The notes: generated by a model from the letters alone, not told the origin. DNA of 64,000 nt from Nitrososphaerota archaeon (GCA_028867755.1 JAGWFT010000001.1:196727-260726), one strand, 5' to 3'. Counted from the stretch's first letter, positions 36,468 to 47,365 are shown. A program made the numbers and translations.

Positions 36468-37952
36468 TTGTTTTATGATCAAGGTGCAAAATTGCCATAT
36501 AAAGTGATTGGTGGAGAGCCAGTATCAGTTTCTTACTCGGCTGATGAAGTTTTTGCAAAGATAAAACACGATCAGATAAAATTCATAGATTTACAATTTA
36601 CAGGTCTTAGAGGAAGATTTCATCACACGACAATTTCTGCTAACCTGTTTACCCCTCAACAGATGCAAGATGGCTTGCCAAAGCTAGATGGTTCTTCAAT
36701 CGTAGGATTTGCTTCCATCCAAGACTCTGACATGATACTCAAGCCAGATCCCAATACATATGCGGTAATTCCTTGGATGACAAACTCCAAAACAGCTAGG
36801 TTGATTTGTGATGTATACTGGGGTTGGGGAAAAGGCAGGCTGGAATCCGATCCAAGAGGCATAGCACAAAAGGCTGAAAAACATCTTACAACACAGGGTT
36901 TTGATACAAGCTACTGGGGTCCAGAGGTAGAGTTCTTTGTTTTTGACAAGATCCAATGGGATGTATTGACGCCATACAAGGGCCAGTCATATTCAATCGA
37001 GTCAAAGGAAGCCCCATGGAACCAAGAGGGAAAAGGATACCCAATGGCATTGAAAAAGGGATACTATCCCAGCACTCCTGCTGATACTTTAACAGAATAT
37101 AGAAACGATTGTGTGGAATGCTTGAATGAGTATTTTGGAATCTTATGTGACAATCATCACCATGAGGTGGCAACTGCTGGACAGTGTGAGATCGATATAA
37201 GATATGATACCTTGACAAATTCCGCAGATGGCGCACAGACTTACAAGTATGTTATAAGAAATATTGCTACAAAATATGACAAGGTTGCAACCATGATGCC
37301 AAAACCAATTTCTATGGATGCAGGTTCTGGAATGCACACCAATGTAAGCTTGTGGAAGGACGGCAAGAACATGTTCTTTGACAAGGATGACAAAGAAGAG
37401 ATAAGCCAAGCTGCAAGGTACTATTGCGGAGGAATCATGAATCATGCAAGAGCGTTGTCTGCAATTGTTGCACCGACAACAAATTCTTATCACAGATTGG
37501 TTCCTGGATATGAAGCTCCTGTGTATATTGCATGGAGTGCAAGCAACAGGTCTGCAATAATTAGAATTCCGGCTCATTTCAGGGGAGAAAAATATGCAAA
37601 GATAAAGAGGTTAGAGTTCAGGGCTCCAGATCCGTCTTCAAATCCATATCTTGTATTTGCAGCAGTTCTTGCAGCAGGACTTGATGGAATTAAAAGGAAG
37701 ACCGAGCCTGGCGACCCAGTTAACGAAGATATCTATAAGATGACAAAGACGCAACGAGATGCAAAGGGGATCAAAGACCTGCCAGCAACGTTAGGAGAGG
37801 CACTTGATGAGCTTGAAAGTGACAGAAAATTCCTCAACCCAATATTTTCAAACGAGACCATTGACAAGATAATTGAGATAGAAAGAGCAGACGACCACGA
37901 GATCTCAATAAGACCTCATCCTCACGAGTTTTATCTCTATTTTGATATCTAG
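36468..37952 (+). CDS. glnA: Glutamine synthetase type I
   Basis: DGSSIVGF, HHEVATAGQCEI, GSGMHTNVSL, RLVPGYEAP, RLEFRAPDP. Confidence 0.95.
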   Translation: MFYDQGAKLPYKVIGGEPVSVSYSADEVFAKIKHDQIKFIDLQFTGLRGRFHHTTISANLFTPQQMQDGLPKLDGSSIVGFASIQDSDMILKPDPNTYAVIPWMTNSKTARLICDVYWGWGKGRLESDPRGIAQKAEKHLTTQGFDTSYWGPEVEFFVFDKIQWDVLTPYKGQSYSIESKEAPWNQEGKGYPMALKKGYYPSTPADTLTEYRNDCVECLNEYFGILCDNHHHEVATAGQCEIDIRYDTLTNSADGAQTYKYVIRNIATKYDKVATMMPKPISMDAGSGMHTNVSLWKDGKNMFFDKDDKEEISQAARYYCGGIMNHARALSAIVAPTTNSYHRLVPGYEAPVYIAWSASNRSAIIRIPAHFRGEKYAKIKRLEFRAPDPSSNPYLVFAAVLAAGLDGIKRKTEPGDPVNEDIYKMTKTQRDAKGIKDLPATLGEALDELESDRKFLNPIFSNETIDKIIEIERADDHEISIRPHPHEFYLYFDI

Positions 37953-38227
37953 GCTCTTCCTATTGCACCGTATATCAAGAATAATGCTGCTGCCATGATA
38001 GCTAGGCCAATAGCGAGGTAAGCTTTCCTGTGGCGGTCACCAGTTCCTGCCTTGTAAAGGGAGACAGCACCTGCCAGACCTACGAAGAGAATCAATGTTC
38101 CTATTATGACTGGATCCCAAGCACTATGAGTGATAACAGGATAAAAGACTCCAGAGAGCAGCGCAAAGAAAACTGCCAGGTAAATGTATTTTGCACCAGC
38201 CAAGATTTTGCTGCTGCCTAGTTGCAT
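37949..38227 (-). CDS. Three-TM membrane protein
   Basis: Hydrophobic 92-aa ORF. Confidence 0.65.
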   Translation of the reverse strand: MQLGSSKILAGAKYIYLAVFFALLSGVFYPVITHSAWDPVIIGTLILFVGLAGAVSLYKAGTGDRHRKAYLAIGLAIMAAALFLIYGAIGRA

Positions 38228-38286
38228 AGGATTGCCTATCTAGAATAGTCAAATAAACCTTTGAGAAGAGAAAGAGTGTTTTCTTT

Positions 38287-39972
38287 TTATTCCATGCCCA
38301 TAGGTGGCATGCCCATGCCGCCCATCCCACCCATTCCTTCCATACCACCCATGCCGCCCATTCCTCCTCCTGGTGGTCCAGAAGTTTTGGTTACTGAAAT
38401 CACATCATCAATTCTTAGAATCATGCATGCTGCTTCTGTTGCAGATGAGATTATCTGGTTTTTTACAGATAATGGTTCGAAGATATCTGTTGCATGCATG
38501 CTTGCGACTTGGCCTTTCATAACATCAATGCCAGTCCACTTGTTTCCCTTCAACTGCTTTGATCGTAATGAAGCAAGAGTATCAATTGGATCCATTCCTG
38601 CGTTTTCTGCAAGTGTGATTGGAATTACCTCAAGAGAATCGGCAAACTTTTCCACTGCTAATTGTTCTCTTCCTTCAAGTGATTTTGCCCACTCGCGAAG
38701 TTTTGTTGCAGCATAGGTTTCTGGAGCACCCCCGCCTGCTACTATCATTGGGTTTTCCATTACATCTTTTACAACCATTAATGCGTCGTGTACAGATCTC
38801 TCAACTTCGTCAACAACTCTTTGAGAGCCTGCTCTTACAAGAAGAGTTACTGCCTTGGGATGCTTGCAGCCTTCAACGAATACCCATCTATCACTCTCTA
38901 CTTTTCGTTCTTCTACCAGTTCTGCAGAGCCAAGATCCTTTTCAAATAAATCATCAAGATTTGTAATCATTCTTGCGCCAGTTGCTTTTGCAAGTTTTGC
39001 CATGTCACTTTCTTTTACTCTTCTAACTGTAAGAACTCCTGCCTTTGCAAGATAATGCTGTGCCATGTCATCTATGCCCTTTTGGCAGAACAATACATTG
39101 GCACCAGATGCAACAACCTTATCAACCATGTTCTTGATCATTCTGTTTTCCTCATCAAGAAATGACTTCATCTGCTGTGGATTATTGATATTGATCTTGG
39201 CATCAAATTCTGTCTTGTCAATCTCAAGCGCGTTGTTTATGATTGCAATTTTTGCTTTTTCAATCTTCTTTGGCATTCCACTGTGAACCACTTCCTTGTC
39301 AAGTATGATTCCTTTGGTAATGCTGGAATCCTTGATAGAGCCGCCAGCCTTTTTTTCTACCTTGATATCATCAATGTCCACTCTATATCCTTCCTCGGCT
39401 TTTTCTGCAACTGCCAATACTGCCTTTACTATCATATCTGCCAAGTTTGCAGAATCTCTTCTGACAAGCTTTGTCTGCATTGAGGTCCTTGCAATTCTTT
39501 CAAGAACATCTTTGTCAGTAGGAGAAACCTTGTCTGCTATCTTTGACAAAAGATCTTTTGCCTTGTGTGCAGCCTTTCTGTAACCATCAACTATTATTGT
39601 TGGATGAACATCCTGCAAAATGAGAGACTCGGCATTTTCTAAAAGTGCACCAGCAAGTACCACTGCAGAGGTTGTTCCATCACCCACCTCATTATCGGTT
39701 GCTTTGGAGATCTCAACTAGCATTTTTGCTGCGGGGTGCTGAACGTCAATTTCCTTAAGAATGGTGGCACCATCATTTGTAATTGTAACGTCACCAAGTG
39801 AATCTACCAGCATCTTGTCCATTCCTCGTGGACCAAGGCTGGTATGAATGATTTCTGCAATCAGTTTTGCTGCAGAGATATTATTTTTCTGGGCGTCACG
39901 ACCCTTGGTCTGTGTTGCGCCGTCTTTTAATATAACAACTGGAATTCCGCCCGATGAGGCTTGAATTGACAT
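38287..39972 (-). CDS. ths: Thermosome (group II chaperonin) subunit
   Basis: [25 protein letters not shown]-terminal GGM repeats. Confidence 0.97.
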   Translation of the reverse strand: MSIQASSGGIPVVILKDGATQTKGRDAQKNNISAAKLIAEIIHTSLGPRGMDKMLVDSLGDVTITNDGATILKEIDVQHPAAKMLVEISKATDNEVGDGTTSAVVLAGALLENAESLILQDVHPTIIVDGYRKAAHKAKDLLSKIADKVSPTDKDVLERIARTSMQTKLVRRDSANLADMIVKAVLAVAEKAEEGYRVDIDDIKVEKKAGGSIKDSSITKGIILDKEVVHSGMPKKIEKAKIAIINNALEIDKTEFDAKININNPQQMKSFLDEENRMIKNMVDKVVASGANVLFCQKGIDDMAQHYLAKAGVLTVRRVKESDMAKLAKATGARMITNLDDLFEKDLGSAELVEERKVESDRWVFVEGCKHPKAVTLLVRAGSQRVVDEVERSVHDALMVVKDVMENPMIVAGGGAPETYAATKLREWAKSLEGREQLAVEKFADSLEVIPITLAENAGMDPIDTLASLRSKQLKGNKWTGIDVMKGQVASMHATDIFEPLSVKNQIISSATEAACMILRIDDVISVTKTSGPPGGGMGGMGGMEGMGGMGGMGMPPMGME

Positions 39973-40090
39973 ATTTTAGCTGGGATCGATTTTCCCTTAT
40001 TATTTCTTTATGTAGACAAAAACCATGACCTGCTGAAATTTTTGAATGTCGAACGATGTTTTTAAATTAGGAAAACTGGTCGAACAATGC

Positions 40091-41413
40091 ATGTCACGCT
40101 CATCACCACGGGTTGCTTACAACGAAGTATTATCTATGCTCAAGACACATAACCAATGGTTTGCAGAGTCAATTCCCCTAATTGCAAGCGAAAACATTCC
40201 AAGCCCGGCAGTTAGGGAGGCAACTATTTCTGACTTTGCAAATAGATATGCAGAGGGTTGGCCTGGCGAGAGGGTTTATGCCGGATGTATCTACATAGAT
40301 AAGGTAGAGTTCAAGTGCATGGAACTTGCCCAGAAGCTATTCAAGGCAGAGTTTGTTGATGTAAGGCCAATTTCTGGTGTTGTTGCTAATTTGGCAATTT
40401 ATTCTGCATTTACAAATCCCGGAGATGTGATGCTTGCGCCATCAATTCCATCTGGTGGCCACATATCACATGGTAAAAAGGAGCACTCAGGTACTGCAGG
40501 GCTTGTACATGGACTGGATATCGAGTTTTATCCATTTGATGCAGAAGAGATGGCAATTGATGTTGACAAGACAAAGCAAAAGGTAAAAGAACTTGAAAAG
40601 GCAGGTAGGACTCCAAAACTTGCAATGTTTGGCGGTTCAGTCTTCTTGTTTCCACATCCAGTAAAGGAACTAGCAGATTTTCTGAAAAGCTACAAGATGT
40701 TCATAAACTATGACGGAGCCCATGTTGCAGGACTTATTGCAGGAGGTCAATTCCAAGATCCTCTCAGGGAGGGGGCTGATGCAATGACTATGAGCACCCA
40801 CAAGACTTTGTTTGGTCCCCAAGGAGGAATGATATGTTCATTTAACAAGTATGGTGACGAGATCAAAAAAGCAACTTTTCCAGGCATGACAAGCAATCAT
40901 CACTTGCATCACATGGCTGGAAAAGCAATTGCATTTGCAGAGATGTTAGAGTTTGGCAAAAAATATGCTCTTCAAGTGGTAAAGAATGCAAAAACCTTGG
41001 CAGAAGCTCTAAGCTCATCTGGATTTACAGTGCTTGGAGAGAAGCGAGGATTTACAAAATCTCATCAAATTGTTGTAAACGTTCTTTCGTTTGGAGATGG
41101 TGGTACTATTGAAGCTGATTTAGAAAAAGCAAACATAATTGTAAACAGGCAGCTTATCCCAGGAGATATCAAGGCAGGACGCAACTACTTCCATCCAGGC
41201 GGAATGAGATTGGGAGTTTCCGAGCTAACAAGGCTTGGCATGGGTAAGTCTGAGATGAAACAGGTTGCAGAATTTATCAAAAATGTAGTTGTAGATAAAA
41301 AAGACAAGAAGAAGATTGCGTTAGAAGTGAAGCGATTCAGAAAAAGATTTCAAAAGGTCCACTATTGCTTTGAGAGCAAGATGGGTGGATATGATTATGT
41401 CAAGTTGCGTTAG
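40091..41413 (+). CDS. glyA: Serine hydroxymethyltransferase
   Basis: LIASEN, RYAEGWPGERVYAGC, MSTHKTLFGPQGG. Confidence 0.95.
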   Translation: MSRSSPRVAYNEVLSMLKTHNQWFAESIPLIASENIPSPAVREATISDFANRYAEGWPGERVYAGCIYIDKVEFKCMELAQKLFKAEFVDVRPISGVVANLAIYSAFTNPGDVMLAPSIPSGGHISHGKKEHSGTAGLVHGLDIEFYPFDAEEMAIDVDKTKQKVKELEKAGRTPKLAMFGGSVFLFPHPVKELADFLKSYKMFINYDGAHVAGLIAGGQFQDPLREGADAMTMSTHKTLFGPQGGMICSFNKYGDEIKKATFPGMTSNHHLHHMAGKAIAFAEMLEFGKKYALQVVKNAKTLAEALSSSGFTVLGEKRGFTKSHQIVVNVLSFGDGGTIEADLEKANIIVNRQLIPGDIKAGRNYFHPGGMRLGVSELTRLGMGKSEMKQVAEFIKNVVVDKKDKKKIALEVKRFRKRFQKVHYCFESKMGGYDYVKLR

Positions 41414-44400
41414 GCATAATCTGTAAGCAAGGCCTGGCTACCATTTTCTTCTTTACCAAATACAAGTTCTAGTTCATCGAGTAAAGAGAGAACCCTGCTC
41501 CTAAGGTATGGTTCAATCCTATACTTGTCAAGCATCCTTCTTGCAAGCTTGAGATATTTTTGTACAGATGGACGCGTCATTGTTTGGATTAGCTTGTTCT
41601 CGCACTCGAGACATTTTCCCACAAGAGGAATTCTCCTGTAGCTTGCGCCACATGACGTGCACCTAAATGACTGCCCAGAATATGCCCTGAGGTTTCCCAT
41701 TATGTCAGGCAAAAGGTGGGTGGTCATTACCATAGAGACTACCTCGCTTGGGTCTACAGCGTTTATGATATCAGCAGTCCTAATTTGCATGTCAAGCTTC
41801 TCAAGGACTGATCCAAGTGTAGAATACGCACTACGCGATTTTGATGTGGTAAGAGTACTGGTAATATGGGTAAAACCATAACCGTAGAATTGTTTTTCAG
41901 TCTCTAGCCTTGACTTTAGGATCTCAATGTCTTTTATCTCACTTGCCTTTTCTTTTTGCAGTGTTGCTTCAAAAAATGATAGCGGATAGCTTGTTACTAC
42001 TTCAAAGTTGTGAGCCTGTCTTTGTACTTCTTGAGGTATAACAATTGGTTGCACAAGCAGTGGTGCATCCATCAGTCCCCCAATTCGGTCAGATAAGAAC
42101 AATCTTGAAAAATTGAGTAAGCTATCCATCAATAACATTATCGAGTCGGCATCACCATCAGCATCTCTTCTTTTTGCAGAATGCCAAACGGCAGTACCAA
42201 GACAGACTTGGGTATCAGTGTAACCAATGATTCTTCCAACAATTCCAACCGAAGTGTGCGGTGCAAGGCCAATTATCAGATGACCAACCAGGTCATCAGT
42301 AGTTTTTGCATTATAGTATGCAGGATGGGCAAATAATTTTACAAGTTCTCTGTCAAGATACTGGCAAACTAGGACAAGAGTGTCCCCACATTCTTTTGGG
42401 ATTATGACATCCTGAGTTCTTAGTTCAACTATTTGGTCTGGGTTTACAAGTGGCTTGCCATCGATGTCCTGTGTGTAACCAAGCTCTACAAGCCTTGCAG
42501 GTGTTGTGCCAATCCATGACGGTTTGAAGTGTGAGATTGGCGCGTTTGTCGCATCAAACCTGATTGTGCCGTCTTTGAATACGTTAAGGTCAAGGCTCTG
42601 TCGTATGAGACCTTTTTCCAGCGGCTCTGGAACTCGGTCTTGGTTAATGAGTTCCTTTACTCCCTTGAATGGTACCTGAGCACGAATTCCAGTTCTTTCC
42701 TGTGCAGAATAAAGCAATTCCTTGAGAGGAAATGCACGGTACGAGTGGGCATGTGCCTTTACTTTGCATTTTGGACAGCGAGATTCTTCCAATTCGTCAC
42801 GACATTTTGGGCAAACAAATGTCGTGGAGGTCTTTGTCTTGCATAGCTGGCATACTATGCTAATTGATGGTAGGTTACAGTTTTTGCATGTTCTGTTATT
42901 GATGTTACAGTAAAAGTTGGATTGTTTTGATGCCTTGAGAAGATCACGCGATGCACCGCCCTTGCTTCCAACTGGAAAGAGTGTATGCACTGGGGGTTTC
43001 ATCTTTCTAAGAGACGCCTTTTCAGGTCTTCCAACCCTTACACCAACAGCAGTTGAGAACTTGGGCCTTACCTTGATCCCAGATGATATTGAGATTATTT
43101 CCGGAACTGATAGTGTTTTGTCCAGCTGTAATGGTTTTCTGAAAAGCAGGTTGAAAAAGACCTTTGCTTCTGTATCTTTTAACATAATTTTATCACCTGC
43201 CAACTCGTGGGGGACACCAAGTTTTTCCAAGATCTCTTTTGTGTCATTTTGATAAACTACAAGATCTGGCTCTATCTTGCTTGGATTGAGGATCTTTTCT
43301 AATTCTTCAACTGTAATCTGATCCCAATAATACAGATAGTGAGGGTGTAGTCCGATTCCAAAGTTAAGTGATATTCTAAATGCCTCTTCGAGGTCTGGAA
43401 CCTTGTTTATGTAGCTTAGTAGGTTGAGGTCGTCTGGCTCGTACTTTGTGATCTTTTCTTTTAGCTCCTCAGCCCAGAACTCTTCAACATATCCAGTCGG
43501 GACAAGCTCTGCATTGTTCTCAAGAAAATCGCCATAACTTATGAGAATGTCACCAAGATGTAGAATTTTTACAATATGTGGCTTTAGATGAATTCCATGT
43601 GCAGTGTCCCTTATCTTGACTACATTTCCATTGTCTAATCTGACAACTGGGGTATCAATCGAGTCCACAAATGCTACAGTTGAAGCCTTTCCTGGGATGT
43701 CAAGTTTTATCTGCGTGCCAACAGCAATTACATGATCCAAAATTTCTGCAACAACAGGATGAACCCCAATGGATGCAAAGCCAGTATTGCATGCACGCCC
43801 GTATCGTAGTCTGAATCCGCCAAGTTTTTTTGGCATTGAAAGGACGGATCTGCCTGTAATTACCTCTCTCATTCTATGTGCTGCTGCATCCTCGTCTCCA
43901 GTCTGGATAGCACCTTTTAGGTCCTTGAGCCATTCCCATCCATCTAGCTTGAAGAGATCAATGAGTTTTAGCAACTTGCGAGACCTACCAATTAATCCAT
44001 CGTTGAGCACACGAAGTGCACCTCCACGGACACGGTTGGTGTTTATTCTTACCATGTTTCTATGGCTTACAATCTCTACCGGATCTGTATCTATACCGTT
44101 TAGCTCTACTGGTAGATTGGAAATGGTAGTTACCACATCCTCATCGGGAACATGGAATTGGAAATTTCCTACCTCTCTCTCATAGAGACGCAGTTCTTCT
44201 ACAAATCTGCCTGTCTCATCATCGTAGGAATTTGCCTTGTATTTGTCAAGCCCGGCAATCTTGCGTACATGGTCTGCAATGAGTATGGTAGATGCTGCCT
44301 CCGTGCCGCCTGCAGAGCGTATGGGCCCTGCGAACGAAACTGAGAGATAGTCTGAACCGTCGGCATTCTTTTTTATCTTAACCTCGCTTATTCCCTGAAG

Positions 44401-44787
44401 AGGGGCGATGGTAACGCCTTCAGTGACTATTGCAAGACCTACACGCACGGCTAGGTCAAGCTTTTCTTGTAGATCAGTCTCAGAATCTGAATACTTACCT
44501 TGGGCTATCTCTTCTGCAAGCTTAAGAGCGGCCAGTTCCTTTGTTGTTGTCTGGATAAGATTTCTGAGATTATCTGTGACATCTATGTCGTGCATTTTTG
44601 ATACACGATCAGAGAGGTCAAACGCTATCTTGGGCTCTACCATTCCAGAGGAATCTGCCAGTGTGGCCTTGGCAGCAGCAGCCTTTTCAAAAATAGAAAA
44701 GACCTCGTTTGATATTTTACTATAATAATTAAAATATGATTCTGGCATTGGGACTTCCTTGAGTCTCAATGCTACGTTTTCAGACAT
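41410..44787 (-). CDS. polC: DNA polymerase D large subunit (DP2)
   Basis: AGPIRSAGGT, RRDADGDAD, Zn fingers; no intein-sized insertion. Confidence 0.97.
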   Translation of the reverse strand: MSENVALRLKEVPMPESYFNYYSKISNEVFSIFEKAAAAKATLADSSGMVEPKIAFDLSDRVSKMHDIDVTDNLRNLIQTTTKELAALKLAEEIAQGKYSDSETDLQEKLDLAVRVGLAIVTEGVTIAPLQGISEVKIKKNADGSDYLSVSFAGPIRSAGGTEAASTILIADHVRKIAGLDKYKANSYDDETGRFVEELRLYEREVGNFQFHVPDEDVVTTISNLPVELNGIDTDPVEIVSHRNMVRINTNRVRGGALRVLNDGLIGRSRKLLKLIDLFKLDGWEWLKDLKGAIQTGDEDAAAHRMREVITGRSVLSMPKKLGGFRLRYGRACNTGFASIGVHPVVAEILDHVIAVGTQIKLDIPGKASTVAFVDSIDTPVVRLDNGNVVKIRDTAHGIHLKPHIVKILHLGDILISYGDFLENNAELVPTGYVEEFWAEELKEKITKYEPDDLNLLSYINKVPDLEEAFRISLNFGIGLHPHYLYYWDQITVEELEKILNPSKIEPDLVVYQNDTKEILEKLGVPHELAGDKIMLKDTEAKVFFNLLFRKPLQLDKTLSVPEIISISSGIKVRPKFSTAVGVRVGRPEKASLRKMKPPVHTLFPVGSKGGASRDLLKASKQSNFYCNINNRTCKNCNLPSISIVCQLCKTKTSTTFVCPKCRDELEESRCPKCKVKAHAHSYRAFPLKELLYSAQERTGIRAQVPFKGVKELINQDRVPEPLEKGLIRQSLDLNVFKDGTIRFDATNAPISHFKPSWIGTTPARLVELGYTQDIDGKPLVNPDQIVELRTQDVIIPKECGDTLVLVCQYLDRELVKLFAHPAYYNAKTTDDLVGHLIIGLAPHTSVGIVGRIIGYTDTQVCLGTAVWHSAKRRDADGDADSIMLLMDSLLNFSRLFLSDRIGGLMDAPLLVQPIVIPQEVQRQAHNFEVVTSYPLSFFEATLQKEKASEIKDIEILKSRLETEKQFYGYGFTHITSTLTTSKSRSAYSTLGSVLEKLDMQIRTADIINAVDPSEVVSMVMTTHLLPDIMGNLRAYSGQSFRCTSCGASYRRIPLVGKCLECENKLIQTMTRPSVQKYLKLARRMLDKYRIEPYLRSRVLSLLDELELVFGKEENGSQALLTDYA

Positions 44788-44788
44788 G

Positions 44789-45538
44789 CTACTTCCTTAC
44801 GAACTGGATGGTTTTTACGATATCGGCTATTGTCTTGAAACTTCCGCCTTTTTCAATGAAGGTGCCAATTACTATGGCATCAGCACCTGCCTTGACAATC
44901 TCGCCAGCAGTCTTGGCGTTTCGTATCCCTCCGCCGACTATGAGAAATCCCTTGAAGAGTTTTCTAACAGCTGCAACCATCTCTGGCCTAACATTTGATT
45001 TTGCTCCAGAGCCTGCTTCGAGATATACAAATCTCATGCCCATGAATTGAGCAGATAAGGCGTACATGGCGGCCAAACTTGGCTTGTCAAACGGAATGGT
45101 TCTTGCAGAGCCAACATGCCATACTGTTGTACCTTCACCGATTATAATATAGGCTGTTGGTAGGGGCTCAAGTCCAAATCTGAGTACGTTCGGGGCACCT
45201 AGTGCCTGGGCCTGTGAGATAAAGTATGGGTTGTCAGAGTTCAAAAGCGAGCTAAACAGGATTGCATCTGCTCCGGGGACCACACCAGTAACATTTCCTG
45301 GAAAGAGTATTACTGGGATCTTGACAGATTTTTTGATATTTTTAACAGTCTCGGCCATGGTTAGCTGATCGGTCGCAGATGATCCTCCAACCAATATGAC
45401 TGATGCACCGTTCTTCTCTGCTTCCTTGGCAAGTTTTGATGCCGGTATGTTTCCATCATTTTCAGAGTCAATTAATACGAAAAGTAAGGCCCCCCTCTTC
45501 TTCTTGGTGGCATTCAGATAGCTTTCTACGCTTTGCAT
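44789..45538 (-). CDS. Geranylgeranylglyceryl phosphate synthase
   Basis: LVGGSS, ILFPG, YLEAGSGA, VGGGIR. Confidence 0.92.
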   Translation of the reverse strand: MQSVESYLNATKKKRGALLFVLIDSENDGNIPASKLAKEAEKNGASVILVGGSSATDQLTMAETVKNIKKSVKIPVILFPGNVTGVVPGADAILFSSLLNSDNPYFISQAQALGAPNVLRFGLEPLPTAYIIIGEGTTVWHVGSARTIPFDKPSLAAMYALSAQFMGMRFVYLEAGSGAKSNVRPEMVAAVRKLFKGFLIVGGGIRNAKTAGEIVKAGADAIVIGTFIEKGGSFKTIADIVKTIQFVRK

Positions 45539-45572
45539 ATGACTGGTTAATAGCTATTCATTAAAAGTTTAA

Positions 45573-45965
45573 TTGAATAAGGTTATACAGATTTGTATAG
45601 CTTTGAGTACATCCCCAGAAGAAAATTTGAATAACATAATAAGGCAAATTATAGAAAAATCATTATTTACGGAGCGTCAAATTGAAATTATTTTAAAAAG
45701 ACGGAGCCTATCAGAACATCAGTTTAGCATAACTAAGGGGGCTTTTTACAGGCAGGTCAGACAGTCCCAGGATAAGTTTGAGGCCTTGTGTTATTCCTGG
45801 ATATTGCTCAGGGCGTTAGGGGTCCTTCGTGAGGAGGATATGGATGTGATAAGTCGTCTCTCAGAACAGGTTTCTGTGATAAAAAACAGTGATGTTTTCC
45901 CTGAACGTGAGGAACAAGTCATGTCTGTGATAAAGGAGCTACTAAAACGCATGTGTAAGATGTGA
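45573..45965 (+). CDS. HTH-like hypothetical protein (sigma-4/Tfx-like)
   Basis: SLFTERQIEII..ITKGAFYRQVRQ; 3' end carries GTGA motifs. Confidence 0.65.
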   Translation: MNKVIQICIALSTSPEENLNNIIRQIIEKSLFTERQIEIILKRRSLSEHQFSITKGAFYRQVRQSQDKFEALCYSWILLRALGVLREEDMDVISRLSEQVSVIKNSDVFPEREEQVMSVIKELLKRMCKM

Positions 45966-46088
45966 TTTTGACCTGTGAGAGTGTTTTTGGCATGAATAAT
46001 TCGTGATAAACATGTTGTGATTGATGTGCATTGTGTGAAATTATTTTATTCAAATATGATAAATCACGTTGGTTATGATGTGTAGTGA
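45829..46088 (+). repeat. Array of 12 same-strand GTGA motifs (consensus HGTGAK)
   Basis: GTGA at 45829, 45846, 45876, 45889, 45907, 45927, 45962, 45975, 46003, 46017, 46035, 46085; one inverted at 46064. Confidence 0.7.
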
Positions 46089-46645
46089 TGTTAGTAGACA
46101 TAGATGTAGGAATGATTTTGACCATAATTGCTTCATTTGTAATTGGTCTTGCATGTGTAGTAGCATACAACAAGATCAGGCCACGCCTAGGTTCACAAAG
46201 CAGCGATCTAAAAATTTTGGTAGAACGGCTACAATATTATGAAAATCTGTTAATAGACATGAAAATTAGGCTAGATTCATTTGAACTAGTCAAGGAACCT
46301 GAAGAACTTCCTCAGGCGCAAATTCCAAAGCCAAAGGAGCAGAAACATGAACCAGTTGTGGCTGTAGAGATAAAAGAAGAGAAGCCCAAAGAAAGGACAC
46401 ATAACATGAACTTTGGTAGTGCAACAGAGTATGTACTGCGATTAATCACAGAAAAGCCTACGACATCACGTGACATTCAGGTCACAATAGGAAGAACACG
46501 AGAACATACATCACGCATGATGAAAAAGCTTTTTGAGGAAGGCTTGGTCGAAAGGGATATGCAAACAAAGCCCTTTACCTACAAGATAACCGAGAAAGGC
46601 CTTACTAGAATAGGGACATTAAAGGAACCACCAACAATACAATAG
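46085..46645 (+). CDS. Membrane-anchored coiled-coil + winged-helix protein
   Basis: N-terminal TM (ILTIIASFVIGLACVVAY), ERLQYYENLLIDMKIRLD, wHTH TSRDIQ..SRMMKKLFEEGLVER..YKITEKG. Confidence 0.8.
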   Translation: MMLVDIDVGMILTIIASFVIGLACVVAYNKIRPRLGSQSSDLKILVERLQYYENLLIDMKIRLDSFELVKEPEELPQAQIPKPKEQKHEPVVAVEIKEEKPKERTHNMNFGSATEYVLRLITEKPTTSRDIQVTIGRTREHTSRMMKKLFEEGLVERDMQTKPFTYKITEKGLTRIGTLKEPPTIQ

Positions 46646-46817
46646 GTTGGCTTTTGATCTTGGTTTTGACTTAAGTTTGAGGTTTTGGTTTTGAAGGTTT
46701 TTTGGGCTGATGGAAGGTTTTAGGATTGTTTTTAGTCAAAAATGATGAAAAATCAACATAAATTATTAATCTTATTTTATTATAAAATCTTAAATTAAGG
46801 AATTTATAATATACAGC

Positions 46818-46973
46818 ATGTCAGATATGGAGCAGCTCGTAAAGATAACATCCGCGGGCACGATCTCGATCCCTAAGGATTTTAGGAGATATCTTGAACT
46901 CCAGAAGGGAGATTATATCAAAATATCAGTCGAGGGGGATCGTCTAGTTGTTAAAAAGGCAACAATCTCTTAA
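46818..46973 (+). CDS. AbrB/MazE/SpoVT-family DNA-binding protein, 51 aa (not in ORF track)
   Basis: MSDMEQLVKITSAGTISIPKDFRRYLELQKGDYIKISVEGDRLVVKKATIS*. Confidence 0.85.
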   Translation: MSDMEQLVKITSAGTISIPKDFRRYLELQKGDYIKISVEGDRLVVKKATIS

Positions 46974-47365
46974 GTCGTATTTTGTTCTCTTTGGGCTAGT
47001 TTGAGCACTTGATAGTCCCATTCCTTCCCTTTTCTCTCTCTGCCCATCCTTCCTTTAAGAGCAAACCTTGAGAGATATGTGGAGATCACGCTTAGTTTGA
47101 TTGGCTCTTCGTACTCGTCCTCATATTTTTCAAGAATCATAGAAGAGGTAAACTTACCCATTGGGAAGTGCTTGTCCACAATATTCCAGATTTTGGCCCC
47201 AATCGTATCAAGTTGTGCTGATTCCTCAGGTTCCTCTATGTTCATCAAATCCATTAATTCGAATATCTTTAGCATCTTTTCACGGGTAACATTACCCTCT
47301 AGGCTAAGGTTGTACTTGGCGCCTTCTGCGTCCTCTAGGTCTATTCGTATTCGTTTTCGAGCCAT
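46970..47365 (-). CDS. Hypothetical protein with C-terminal winged helix
   Basis: ..FTSSMILEKYEDEYEEPIKLSVISTYLSRFALKGRMGRERKGKEWDY. Confidence 0.7.
   Translation of the reverse strand: MARKRIRIDLEDAEGAKYNLSLEGNVTREKMLKIFELMDLMNIEEPEESAQLDTIGAKIWNIVDKHFPMGKFTSSMILEKYEDEYEEPIKLSVISTYLSRFALKGRMGRERKGKEWDYQVLKLAQREQNTT

Noticed and set aside
38287-38370. Gly-Gly-Met repeats
   Set aside because: Normal chaperonin C-terminal tail
41410-44787. Intein in PolD large subunit
   Set aside because: 1125 aa is the usual intein-free length; no splice-junction or homing-endonuclease insertion seen
46646-46817. GGTTTT-rich tract and short Pro/Lys-rich antisense ORF
   Set aside because: Only about 22 codons and low complexity; most simply a T-rich terminator region followed by the abrB promoter
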